Notes under the pieces: model-generated | What the model was told of the DNA's origin: nothing | Databases searched by the model: none | What the model saw: only the letters and a program-made list of their open reading frames with translations | In this document: positions 1 through 9,112 of the stretch, in pieces | Layout of the letters: each line of letters begins with the position of its first letter | Position numbering within the stretch: position 1 is the first letter of the stretch | Position numbers and translations under genes: made by a program | NCBI GenBank assembly: GCA_051251915.1 | Contig: JBPOGF010000002.1 | Location: 96,001 to 160,000, forward strand | Direction: 5' to 3' | Origin: Akkermansiaceae bacterium | Lineage (GTDB): Bacteria > Verrucomicrobiota > Verrucomicrobiia > Verrucomicrobiales > Akkermansiaceae | Length of the DNA: 64,000 bases

Positions 1-1037
1 ACGGGGGTGGCGTATGCTTGGGTGAATTTCATGCCTTTTGCTGCTAGAGCTTCCATGTTTGGGGTTTGGTGGAGTTGATTAAATTCACTGGGGATGGGTG
101 CTCCGTTAGAGTCATAGACGAAGGGGACAGAGGTGTCATTTACGCCCATGTCGTCAACTAGGAAGATGACGATGTTGGGTTTAGGGTTTCCTTCATACAC
201 TATTAATTCTGATGTTTCATTGCCGAAGGAATTGGTTGCTGTGAGGGTGAATTGGGTTGTTTGGTTGATGACTACGTCTATAAAGTTTAGACCTGTTACG
301 TCTCCTACACCTTGGTTGATGCTGAGAGATGTTTCATTATCAACATCCCAGCTTAGTCTTACGGTTTCTCCTTGAGGAACGTAGCGGCTATCTGGGGTAA
401 AGGAATTGATCGTTAGGGGGATGCCTTCTACGATTTCGATGCCATTGATGGCGGAGCGTGATCCTGAGGCGTTGGCGTTACCTGTGATGGTGAGTGAGGT
501 GCCTGTGAAGCCGGTAAGGGTGAGTTTATTTGCTCCAGCGTCAAATGTTCCGCTGAAGGTTGCTGTGTCTTGAATGTTTCCTGATTTTGTGACTGAGCCA
601 TCGGTGATAGAGAAGTCCATGGAGCGGGCAGTGTCATTAGAGTCTCCGTAGATGATGACGCTGTAGCCACTGGTGTAGGCGGCGGGGATGGAGTTGATGG
701 TTAGGGATTCTGTGCCCTTGAGACCGAGCCAGGATTCCATCATGGCGTAGTCTTGGTTGTTTGTGGCGTAGCCGTTGCTGTTGAAGTCTTTGATGAATCC
801 TGCAGCTGAGGTGATTTTAGCTGTTGTGGCTGCTCCTGTAGAGTCTAGGAGTGGGATGTTGGTGAAGGTTTGCTGGGTGGTGTTGTTCCAGGTGTTAGTG
901 GTGGTGTTTACGATGGAGCCAGCTGGTCTGGAGGTCATGGCGGTTTGTGTGGCGTTGTCTTCGTGGAAGGAGACTTTTATGTCTGCTGATAGGGTTGCGA
1001 GACTGAGGAGGAAGGTGGAGAGGATGATTCGTTTCAT
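1..1037 (-). CDS. Secreted sulfatase with long N-terminal accessory domain (5' part only, runs off window start)
   Basis: Manual translation from ATG 1037: signal peptide MKRIILSTFLLSLATLSA, ~265 aa Thr/Ser-rich region, then KPNIVIFLVDDMG...TPNMEALAAKGMKFTQAYATP (sulfatase N-terminus). Missing from the ORF track because its stop lies outside the window. Confidence 0.85.
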   Translation of the reverse strand, partial: MKRIILSTFLLSLATLSADIKVSFHEDNATQTAMTSRPAGSIVNTTTNTWNNTTQQTFTNIPLLDSTGAATTAKITSAAGFIKDFNSNGYATNNQDYAMMESWLGLKGTESLTINSIPAAYTSGYSVIIYGDSNDTARSMDFSITDGSVTKSGNIQDTATFSGTFDAGANKLTLTGFTGTSLTITGNANASGSRSAINGIEIVEGIPLTINSFTPDSRYVPQGETVRLSWDVDNETSLSINQGVGDVTGLNFIDVVINQTTQFTLTATNSFGNETSELIVYEGNPKPNIVIFLVDDMGVNDTSVPFVYDSNGAPIPSEFNQLHQTPNMEALAAKGMKFTQAYATP

Positions 1038-1096
1038 GTTTGTTTAGGTTTAAGATGCTTAGATTCTGATGAGTATGGTTTGAGAAATCAAAGAAA

Positions 1097-1657
1097 TTAT
1101 AGCTCTAAGGACAGGTCATCAATGATGTGTGCTGCAAAAGCGGGCAGGGGGATTCCTAATTTGAGAATTAAGTCTTCAAACGAGAGATCTCTTTTTCTAG
1201 AGATGTCATGGAGTTTGTTGACGATTATTTCAGGACTCATGGAGTAGAGGGTGATGAGGTAATCTTGTGGATGGAGGGCTTCTATGCTCCATGGTTCTAA
1301 TGCTTCTATGGGGAAGTCTTTGAGATTAAAGGTTACTATTACGGAGGCACCTGAGCGGACTGTAGCAGCTAATACATGACGATCTTTTTCATCGTTTGTC
1401 ATCACTGGTAGTAGGTGTTCGTAGTCATCGATCCAAGAATCTGGGAAGCTTTTCTCTACTTCAGAGTGATATGATGCCACGATGTGTTCTGGCCAATTTA
1501 GTTTATTGAGCTGAGTGTTTCTTACTTCCTCCATGATTTTGCTAGACCACACGGGGAGGAAGAGTCTGGGTTTTTCTGCTAAGCGGAGCAGTAGATCACA
1601 CACTGCAATGTTAGCTAAGACGCAGGCATCAATACAGACTTTGAAATCAGCCCGCAT
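1097..1657 (-). CDS. PIN domain protein (PIN_3/VapC-like)
   Basis: IDACVL...EE...DEKDRHVLAA...IVTFNLKDF acidic PIN motifs; start overlaps upstream stop (TAATG). Confidence 0.85.
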   Translation of the reverse strand: MRADFKVCIDACVLANIAVCDLLLRLAEKPRLFLPVWSSKIMEEVRNTQLNKLNWPEHIVASYHSEVEKSFPDSWIDDYEHLLPVMTNDEKDRHVLAATVRSGASVIVTFNLKDFPIEALEPWSIEALHPQDYLITLYSMSPEIIVNKLHDISRKRDLSFEDLILKLGIPLPAFAAHIIDDLSLEL

Positions 1658-2115
1658 TAGTCTTCGCCTTGGTAGCTGCTGTCGTAGAGGTTGGCGTCAT
1701 CGATGTCTTTCATGAGCTTGTCTAGTGACTGGTGGCGGTCTCCGTCTCGCTTGCGTTCATAGTCAATTAGGTCTTTGAAGTAGACTCTGCGGTGTGTTCC
1801 TACATTGTGGAATGGGATTTCGTCTTTTTCTAGGAGGTCGACTAAATGCTGGCGTGAGACTCCTAGATAGTTTGCTGCTGCTTGGCTTGTGAAGGTTTCC
1901 TCCTCTGGCATCATGACGATGGCTTTACCTGCTTGCATTTGTTTTAGGACGCGGAGTAGCGTGTTAAAAATAGGTTTAGGTAGGTCTATTCTTTTGCCGT
2001 GTTCATTGATGAGTGCTGGGGAATTCTTAGTGGAGAGGAATTTGACTACTTCACTTAAGGTTTTACTGTCTAGCATAGAGGGGTCTAGCCGATTTTGTTG
2101 TCTCATGGTACTCAT
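1657..2115 (-). CDS. Excisionase-like HTH_17 DNA-binding protein, putative antitoxin/partner of PIN
   Basis: FTSQAAANYLGVSRQHLVDLLEKDEIPFHNVGTHRRV motif; coupled to the PIN gene. Confidence 0.85.
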   Translation of the reverse strand: MSTMRQQNRLDPSMLDSKTLSEVVKFLSTKNSPALINEHGKRIDLPKPIFNTLLRVLKQMQAGKAIVMMPEEETFTSQAAANYLGVSRQHLVDLLEKDEIPFHNVGTHRRVYFKDLIDYERKRDGDRHQSLDKLMKDIDDANLYDSSYQGED

Positions 2116-2157
2116 AACACTTTTAATGTAACGATGTAAGCGTATTACGCAAGGGTT

Positions 2158-2193
2158 AAACGCTATATTCGCTATTAGTGCTATAAACGCTTA
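2158..2193. promoter_or_regulatory. Four tandem 9-bp direct repeats upstream of the HTH_17 gene, candidate operator
   Basis: aaacgctat attcgctat tagtgctat aaacgctta. Confidence 0.5.
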
Positions 2194-2251
2194 GGGGTGA
2201 AAGTGAGATTTATGATTAGATTTATAGAGGCTTAAGCGATTTTGAATGTGT

Positions 2252-2341
2252 TTAGATACTGCGGAGCATGGTGAGGGATTCGTTGAGTTTGGTTTCTGGG
2301 TTGGTGGATTTTAGGCGGGGGAATTTGGATTGTGAGAGCAT
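2252..2341 (-). repeat. Diverged duplicate of the mfd 3' end (orphan 29 codons plus stop)
   Basis: Translates MLSQSKFPRLKSTNPETKLNESLTMLRSI* versus mfd end MLSQTKFPRLKSTTPKTKLAEATEMLRSI* (3872-3961); 52/56 nt identical over 2286-2341. Confidence 0.95.
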
Positions 2342-2443
2342 TTTGGTTTGAACATAAAGATTCTTTTTTGGTAAAGCTCTCCTTTCGGCCTTAGTGGTTA
2401 AATTTGGTGCATTTGTTTTATTTTTAACAGTTATAATTGTAAG

Positions 2444-3805
2444 ATGATCATCGATAGATACATTGTATTTATGAGTTTTGATTTAATTTCTACTGAAACA
2501 GTTATTCATGGTCAATTTTGGTTTCCTGATGATACTGAGAAAGTCTATGAAGGTTTTATAGAAATACGTCCTGGTAACAGTTCTATTCTTAATCTTCATA
2601 CTTATGAAACAAATGGTATGGCAGAACTAGGAATGAGATCAAATCATCAATCTCATACTCCAGTTTTTAGAAATAGGAAATTAATTCACGGTAAGAATAA
2701 GCATGGGAAACTGCTGACGCTATACAATTGCTACGCAAATAAGTCAGGAACCTTGCACATGGCAAGTGTAAAATATAAGTGCTATCTTTACTTTGAAGGT
2801 GTGAGTTTATCTATGGGTGATTTAAACTTCAATGGTATTAAAATGCATTTCGATTTTCAAGAAACATGGGTCTCAAAGTCAGTGTTCTCAACATACCACG
2901 AGACTATAAATGACGGTAAAGATCTCGAAAAAGTTACAATTCCGTTTAGTAAAAAGAAGAATATTTCTATTGGATTAGAGCGTTACAAAAAAAGTGAAAT
3001 ATATTGCGGTTATGGCGTAAAACAAACGCATAATAGTATATCATTTATACACCGATCATCTTTTAATATTTCCTTCAAAAATCCTACCTCAATTAAAAAT
3101 ATACTAGGCTTGATTCATCAATGGGAATGGTTTCTCTCTCTACTGACAAGGAAAACTGTCAGGCTAAGAACATTAGATTTAAATCGAGAAGAAGTGTTAA
3201 TCTTCGGTTCTAAAGATATTTTGGAAGGTATTAAAATTTGGAAGAGCCGTGATTTAAATAACCTGCCTGATAAAGAGCCCACACAGCATGATTTTTATTG
3301 TACCTATTGTGATATAGAGGCCGAGTTTCCTGTGATTTTCGAAAATTGGCTAAACATTCAAGATCTCTGGGCTGCTGTATTACATAGGTTTTTCGCAACA
3401 ACACAACCAAGAGATATTTGGGCAAATGAAGAGTTTCTCTTTCTCGCTCAAGCAATAGAATCTATTCACAGAATACGCTCTAAGGTTGCAGGAAATATAG
3501 ATTTTAATAAAGCGGCGAAAGAAATTTATTTAGGAGCGGCCCATGATCTACAGATTGAAATAGGTGACAGAAAATTATTCCAAAAGCAGCTGCATTCATC
3601 ACGAAATTATTATACTCATTACGGTCACCCTGGTCCGTCCGACTCAGAACATATATTATGTGGTAAGGATTTAGCCGATTTAAATATAAAGTTACGCTGG
3701 ATCATAGAATCGGCTATATTAGAGGAGATAGGAATCCCTGAACATATAGCTTCAAAGGTTTGGAGCTCTCAATGGAGAGGCAAATGGGTAACTTACGAAG
3801 ATTAA
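2444..3805 (+). CDS. ApeA-like HEPN domain protein (ApeA N-terminal domain plus HEPN), putative anti-phage RNase
   Basis: N-terminal GQFWFPDD..EG; C-terminal FLFLAQAIESIHR and RNYYTH (HEPN RxxxxH); AT-rich; start may be ATG 2471. Confidence 0.75.
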   Translation: MIIDRYIVFMSFDLISTETVIHGQFWFPDDTEKVYEGFIEIRPGNSSILNLHTYETNGMAELGMRSNHQSHTPVFRNRKLIHGKNKHGKLLTLYNCYANKSGTLHMASVKYKCYLYFEGVSLSMGDLNFNGIKMHFDFQETWVSKSVFSTYHETINDGKDLEKVTIPFSKKKNISIGLERYKKSEIYCGYGVKQTHNSISFIHRSSFNISFKNPTSIKNILGLIHQWEWFLSLLTRKTVRLRTLDLNREEVLIFGSKDILEGIKIWKSRDLNNLPDKEPTQHDFYCTYCDIEAEFPVIFENWLNIQDLWAAVLHRFFATTQPRDIWANEEFLFLAQAIESIHRIRSKVAGNIDFNKAAKEIYLGAAHDLQIEIGDRKLFQKQLHSSRNYYTHYGHPGPSDSEHILCGKDLADLNIKLRWIIESAILEEIGIPEHIASKVWSSQWRGKWVTYED

Positions 3806-3871
3806 ACTGATATTGGTATTCTGCTGTTAGAGCTTATAGAATAACATCAAGATGCTAAAGTTGATTCTGCT

Positions 3872-6800
3872 CTAGATAGATCTTAGCATCTCTGTTGCCT
3901 CAGCTAGTTTGGTTTTTGGGGTGGTGGATTTTAGGCGGGGGAATTTGGTTTGGGAGAGCATTATGTATTGGTTGTTGCGGGTGAGCATGAGGCGTTGGCC
4001 TTTGATTTCTATGCTGGTGATGTTGGCTTTGGAGGCAGCTATTTTTAGTTGGGTTGTGTCTAGGAGGTTTTGGGCTGGGGTGGGGAGTTTGCCGTATTGG
4101 TCTTGCCAGTTGTCGCGGAGTTGGCGGATGGTTTTTTCTGATGCAGCTTCTGCGAGTTGTTTGTATGCGCGAATGCGCATGGTGGGCTCGGTCATGTAGG
4201 CGGCTGGGATGTAGCAGTCGAGTGATGATTTATCTGATTGGCTTTCGACGAAGTTTAGGAAGTCTGCGCGGAGGGTGACGTCTATGCGGATGGCGGATTT
4301 GTTTCCGCGGAGGCGTTCGATGGATTGGCGGAGGAGTTGGCAGTAGAGGTCGAATCCGACGCTGGAGATGTGGCCGGATTGTTTGGTGCCGAGGAGGTTT
4401 CCGGCGCCGCGGATTTCTAGGTCGCGCATGGCGATTTTGAAGCCTGAGCCGAGGGCGGTGTATTGTTTGATGGCGTTGATGCGTTTGGAGGCATCGCCGC
4501 CGACTGTTAGGTCGCGGGGGATGAGGAGGATGGCGTAGGCGTTGGTGCCGCCGCGGCCTACGCGTCCGCGGAGCTGGTAGAGGTCTGCGAGGCCGAAGCG
4601 GTCTGCGCGGTCGATGATGATGGTGTTGGCATTTGGGATGTCGATCCCGCTTTCGATGATGGTGGTGGCGAGGAGGATGTCTGCGTCTCCGTTTACGAAG
4701 GTGCGCATGACTTGCTCGAGTTCGTCTTTTTCCATTTGGCCGTGGCCGATGACTATTTTGGCGTTTGGGACGAGTGCGTGGATTTTGTCCCGCATGATTT
4801 CGATGGTTTGGACGCGGTTGTGGAGGAAGAAGGTTTGTCCGCCGCGGTCCATTTCGCGGGTGATGGCGGTGCGGATGATGCGCTCATCGTAGCCGCAGAT
4901 GGAGGTTTGGACTGGGACTTTGTTTGGTGGGGCGGTGTCGATGGTGGACATGTCACGGGTGCCCATGAGTGCGAGGTAGAGGGTGCGGGGGATGGGGGTG
5001 GCGGAGAGGGTGAGGAGGTCTATGCCGGCGAAGAGTTCTTTGAATTTTTCTTTGTGTTTGACTCCGAAGCGTTGTTCTTCGTCGATGATGGCGACGCCGA
5101 GGTCGTGGAAGTGGACGTCATTTGAGACGAGGCGGTGGGTGCCGATGACGATGTCTACGGAGCCGTCTGCGAGGCCTGCGATGGTGGAGCGGATTTCGGA
5201 GGGTTTGCGGAAGCGGTTGAGGAGTTCGATACGGATGGGGTAGTCTGACATGCGCTGGCGGAAGGTGCGCCAGTGTTGCTCAGCGAGGACGGTGGTGGGG
5301 ACTAGGATGGCGGCTTGTTTGCCTCCGGTGACGGCTTTGAATGCGGCGCGGATGGCGACTTCTGTTTTGCCGAATCCGACGTCTCCGCAGATGAGGCGGT
5401 CCATGGGCTTGGGGCATTCCATGTCTGCCTTTGCGTCTTCGATGGCGGTGAGTTGGTCTGGGGTTTCTGTGTAGCGGAATGAGTTTTCAAATTCCCACAT
5501 CCATTTGGTGTCTGGTGGGTGGCCTTCTCCTTTGGCGACTTGGCGTTCTGCTTGGAGGCGGAGGAGCTGGGCGGCGTAGTCCATGATGGACTTTTCTGCG
5601 GATTTGCGGGCGCGTGACCATTTGGGGTCTCCTAGTTTGGAGAGGGTGGGGGCTTTTCCTCCCATGCCGACGTATTTGGCGAGGAGGTGGGCTTGGTCGA
5701 TGGGGACGGAGAGGATGGCTTTGTCTCGGTAGCGGATGTTGATTTCTTCTGTGCCGTCTGGGTCTGTGGTGATGTCTTGGAATCTGCCGATGCCGTATTC
5801 TGTGTGGACGACGAGGTCTCCTTTTTCGATGTCTAGGATGTCTGTCTGGGCGCGTGCTCGGCGCTGGTGTTCTAGGTGGGTGTTTTTGCGGTTGTTGGAG
5901 GTTTGGTATCTGCCGAAGAGTTCTGCGGAGGAGATGACGGAGAGTTTTGCGGAGGGGATGGTGAAGCCGTGGGCGAGTTCTCCGATGGAGGTTTCAATAC
6001 CGGCTAGGATGGAGTCCCCCATGAGCTCGGTGAAGCGTTCTATTTCTCCTTTGTTAGAGAAGATGAGGTGGATGTGCCAATTTTCTGCATTCCACTCGGC
6101 GAGTTGTTTGGTGAAGGCGTGGCGTTTGTTTTGCTGGAGGACGAAGTCGCCGGCTTCGAAGGCGCCGAGGGGTGAGGGGTGGATGGAGAGTGAGGCGAGT
6201 GGGTCAGAGGTAATGTTTATTACGTGAGAGGAGGGATGTGGAGGTAAGTTTTCTTCGTCGCTTAGGAGGGTGATGATGAGGTCGTTTTTGTTGATGTAGT
6301 CTGCTACGGTGGCGGTGTCTTCTGGTTCGGTGAGTTGGATCTGGGTTTGTTTGACTTTGCGGATGGAGGTTTGGGTGTTGAGGTCGAACTCGCGGATGGA
6401 GTCTATTTCTGTGTCGAAGAATTCTACTCTGACGGGGAGTGGGGCTTGCCAGGTGTAGATGTCTAGGATGCCGCCACGGAGGGCGTATTGGCCGCGGTTG
6501 TGGATGTGGTCGACGCGTTCGAAGCCGGCTTTTTCTAGGAGGGCGATGAGTTTGTCTTGGTCTTGTTCTTTGCCTGTGGTGAGGGTGGTGCCTTGGAGGG
6601 AGATGGCAGTGGGTGATGGGCAGGGGGATTCTAGGTGGGAGGTGATGATGAGCTCGGCGTTTCCTGTGGCAATGTTTGAGAGGGTGTGGAGGCGGTCGGC
6701 TGTTGCTTCTGGGTCGTGTAGTTCTGTGGCGGTGGCGTCTGTTTTATTTTCTAGGAGGATTTGTGCGCGGATGTTCCAGAAGTCTAGTTCTGCGGTGAGG

Positions 6801-7051
6801 GCTTGGTTGAGGCGGGGTTGGTCTGAGAGGAACCAGACTCTGGGGTGGTTCTTTTTGTTAGAGAAATTTTTCCGGTGCAGGTGAGCTGCTGCGGCGATGA
6901 TGAATGAGAGGCCTGAGTGGCGGTCCATGTCTGCTAGGCATAGGCATAGTGGTGCCATCTCAGATGTGGGATGGGCCGTGAGTGAGCGGCTTAGATCTGA
7001 GTGCTGGAGTGCTTGGGTAAGAGCGCAGTGAATGTGTTCTGAGTGTTTCAA
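3872..7051 (-). CDS. mfd: Transcription-repair coupling factor
   Basis: UvrB-homology region RGGILDI, CarD-like GDLVVHTEYGIG, DRLICGDVGFGKTEVA, DEEQRFG, SATPIPRT, QLRGRVGR, TRCF C-terminal domain. Confidence 0.98.
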   Translation of the reverse strand: MKHSEHIHCALTQALQHSDLSRSLTAHPTSEMAPLCLCLADMDRHSGLSFIIAAAAHLHRKNFSNKKNHPRVWFLSDQPRLNQALTAELDFWNIRAQILLENKTDATATELHDPEATADRLHTLSNIATGNAELIITSHLESPCPSPTAISLQGTTLTTGKEQDQDKLIALLEKAGFERVDHIHNRGQYALRGGILDIYTWQAPLPVRVEFFDTEIDSIREFDLNTQTSIRKVKQTQIQLTEPEDTATVADYINKNDLIITLLSDEENLPPHPSSHVINITSDPLASLSIHPSPLGAFEAGDFVLQQNKRHAFTKQLAEWNAENWHIHLIFSNKGEIERFTELMGDSILAGIETSIGELAHGFTIPSAKLSVISSAELFGRYQTSNNRKNTHLEHQRRARAQTDILDIEKGDLVVHTEYGIGRFQDITTDPDGTEEINIRYRDKAILSVPIDQAHLLAKYVGMGGKAPTLSKLGDPKWSRARKSAEKSIMDYAAQLLRLQAERQVAKGEGHPPDTKWMWEFENSFRYTETPDQLTAIEDAKADMECPKPMDRLICGDVGFGKTEVAIRAAFKAVTGGKQAAILVPTTVLAEQHWRTFRQRMSDYPIRIELLNRFRKPSEIRSTIAGLADGSVDIVIGTHRLVSNDVHFHDLGVAIIDEEQRFGVKHKEKFKELFAGIDLLTLSATPIPRTLYLALMGTRDMSTIDTAPPNKVPVQTSICGYDERIIRTAITREMDRGGQTFFLHNRVQTIEIMRDKIHALVPNAKIVIGHGQMEKDELEQVMRTFVNGDADILLATTIIESGIDIPNANTIIIDRADRFGLADLYQLRGRVGRGGTNAYAILLIPRDLTVGGDASKRINAIKQYTALGSGFKIAMRDLEIRGAGNLLGTKQSGHISSVGFDLYCQLLRQSIERLRGNKSAIRIDVTLRADFLNFVESQSDKSSLDCYIPAAYMTEPTMRIRAYKQLAEAASEKTIRQLRDNWQDQYGKLPTPAQNLLDTTQLKIAASKANITSIEIKGQRLMLTRNNQYIMLSQTKFPRLKSTTPKTKLAEATEMLRSI

Positions 7052-7140
7052 GCGGAGTGGTTTATTAGCACAATGGGAGGGGTGTTGGAAGAGTAGTTTT
7101 TCCGATAATGAAATCTCGCGTTTTGGTGGATGTGTGGTAA

Positions 7141-7998
7141 TTGTCTGGGTATATGTTTTCTAATTTGTTCCATTTCAAGCTTTGCATCCCGCTGGTGATG
7201 TTGGTAGGTGCTGTGTTGGTTTCGTGTAGTGTTGATCCTGATCCATATAGTTATAATGGAGGTTATAGTAGGCCGGTGAGTATGGTGCAGCCTGGAATAG
7301 GTGGTGCTCGTGGAGGGATGACTTCTAGCCAGTTGTTGAGGCAGGTGAATCTGAATAAGGATTACATTCCATATGGGAGGCATGCGCGGAAGTACAGGCG
7401 TAAGATGACTCCGCGTTATATTACGATCCATAGTACGCAGAATTATAGTGCGACTGCGGATGCGTGGCAGCATAGTAAGGCACTAAAGAATGGCAAGCTG
7501 CGTGCGTATAAGCGTAAGGGTGGTAATAGAATAGGGTATTTGGTATGGCATTATACGATTGATGAGGACCGGGTGGTGCAGCATTTGCCGGATAATGAGC
7601 AAGGTGAGCATGCAGACTTTGATGGGCCTGGGAATAACTATTCACTGGGGCTAGAGATGTGCGAGAATAGTGGTAATAGTAGGAGTGCTACGGTGGAGAG
7701 GACGGCGAAGCTGACTGCCTATCTGATGAAGCAGCATGGGATTCCTATACGGAATGTGGTTCCGCATTATCATTGGCCTAGGGCGGGATCTAAGACGCCG
7801 AATAAAAATTGCCCACACTTTTTGTTAGATAATGGTAGGCCTGGGGCGAAGTGGAGAGCGTATCAGTCTAAGGTGATGGGGTATTATAATCTTATTTCTA
7901 GACCTGTGGCTGCTGCGCCGACTTCCCGGTCGCCGTATCAATCGGGGCAGACATATCCGGCAAATCCATACGGAACAACATCAACTAGGTATTACTAG
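7141..7998 (+). CDS. N-acetylmuramoyl-L-alanine amidase (Amidase_2), probable lipoprotein
   Basis: ITIHST, WHYTID, HA, GLEMCE, VVPH, KNCP motifs; LVSC lipobox. Confidence 0.85.
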   Translation: MSGYMFSNLFHFKLCIPLVMLVGAVLVSCSVDPDPYSYNGGYSRPVSMVQPGIGGARGGMTSSQLLRQVNLNKDYIPYGRHARKYRRKMTPRYITIHSTQNYSATADAWQHSKALKNGKLRAYKRKGGNRIGYLVWHYTIDEDRVVQHLPDNEQGEHADFDGPGNNYSLGLEMCENSGNSRSATVERTAKLTAYLMKQHGIPIRNVVPHYHWPRAGSKTPNKNCPHFLLDNGRPGAKWRAYQSKVMGYYNLISRPVAAAPTSRSPYQSGQTYPANPYGTTSTRYY

Positions 7999-8004
7999 AA
8001 TATA

Positions 8005-8418
8005 ATGGCTACGGAATTGGATCCAGATACATGGTATCAATGTGACCGGTGCACTGCTTGCTGTAAGTGGCCTGGTGATGTGAGGGTGGAGGACGATGAG
8101 GTGATGGAGATCGCTAAGTATTTGGAGATGGATGAGGATGACTTTATCCAGAAGTTCACGCGGTTGCGGATGAATAGGAATGGATTGTCCTTAATAGAGC
8201 GGGAAAACCATGAATGTATCATGCTGGAGAATGATAAGTGCACGATTCAGGCGGTGAAACCATTTCAATGTAAGGGGTTCCCAAATCGATGGAATTTTAA
8301 AGATTGGCAAAAAGTTTGTCAGGCAAAGCCGGTGCCGATGGCTGAGGCAATGGAGTTAGGCCTTGTGGAAGAGGGGGATCTGTCAGCGGATCATCCATTA
8401 CGAGGGAGTGATATTTAA
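8005..8418 (+). CDS. YkgJ family CxxCxxCC cysteine-cluster protein
   Basis: CDRCTACC...CIML...CTIQAVKPFQCKGFP. Confidence 0.85.
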   Translation: MATELDPDTWYQCDRCTACCKWPGDVRVEDDEVMEIAKYLEMDEDDFIQKFTRLRMNRNGLSLIERENHECIMLENDKCTIQAVKPFQCKGFPNRWNFKDWQKVCQAKPVPMAEAMELGLVEEGDLSADHPLRGSDI

Positions 8419-8549
8419 GGGTTTCTATGGCGGTATTAGCCTGCTCATGGTGTGGTTTAGAAATAAAAACGCAATAAATGCAAAAAAGATCTTGAATAAA
8501 ACTCTGGAATGTGGTTTTTTGCGCCCGCGCTAGTCGCAACCATTACAGC

Positions 8550-8629
<80 letters not shown>

Positions 8630-8649
8630 CTTTTCGAAGAGGAATGCAG

Positions 8650-8691
8650 AAAAAAGAGGTTTATTTCAATACGAAGTAAGCCTCTTTTTTT
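8650..8691. terminator. Bidirectional intrinsic terminator between tRNA-Glu and the KTSC gene
   Basis: aaaaaagagg...cctcttttttt inverted repeat. Confidence 0.7.
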
Positions 8692-8695
8692 GTGG

Positions 8696-9112
8696 TTATT
8701 TTTTGAGCTCTAGGGTGTAGGTTTTGTTGCCTTGGATATTTTCGTTGTAGAATTTGCCTTTGCTGTCGGCTGACTTGAGGTTGTTCCAGAGTGGTTGGCT
8801 GATGTTTTGGTAGATGAGGATGGGCGGTGGGCCTTTGCGGAGGTGGAGGATGAGGTAGCCGTTGTTGGTTGAGGGGTAGTATTCGAGTTTGTTGAAGAAG
8901 GAGGAGTCTGTGGTGATGGTTTCGGCTTGGTGGTTCTGTTTGATCCAATTTTTTGCGGACTGGTAGTCGGTGAAGGTGGTGGGGGTGCTTTCTGTGGGAG
9001 GCTCAGGTGACTTGCATGAGATGAGCAATGTGGAGCAGCAGATGAGGAGGGTGAGGGGATTGAGAGGGTAAGACATAGTTTTTAGGATGCTAAATGTTTG
9101 ACGGTGTGTCAA
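8696..9112 (-). CDS. KTSC domain lipoprotein (likely start 9076)
   Basis: SSFFNKLEY...YQNISQPLWNNLKSADSKGKFYNENI KTSC pattern; LLISC lipobox. Confidence 0.75.
   Translation of the reverse strand: MTHRQTFSILKTMSYPLNPLTLLICCSTLLISCKSPEPPTESTPTTFTDYQSAKNWIKQNHQAETITTDSSFFNKLEYYPSTNNGYLILHLRKGPPPILIYQNISQPLWNNLKSADSKGKFYNENIQGNKTYTLELKK

Noticed and set aside
1038..1096. Possible third mfd-end copy (aagatgct..gattctg similar to 3849-3869)
   Set aside because: Match too short and AT-rich, with no mfd peptide encoded
1657..2115. Prophage or ICE inferred from the excisionase-like gene
   Set aside because: No integrase, structural or conjugation genes; the HTH_17 gene is coupled to PIN as a TA-like pair
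3909..6884. Many + strand ORFs antisense to mfd, and similar shadow ORFs elsewhere
   Set aside because: By-products of codon and strand bias; they overlap well-supported genes and have no motifs
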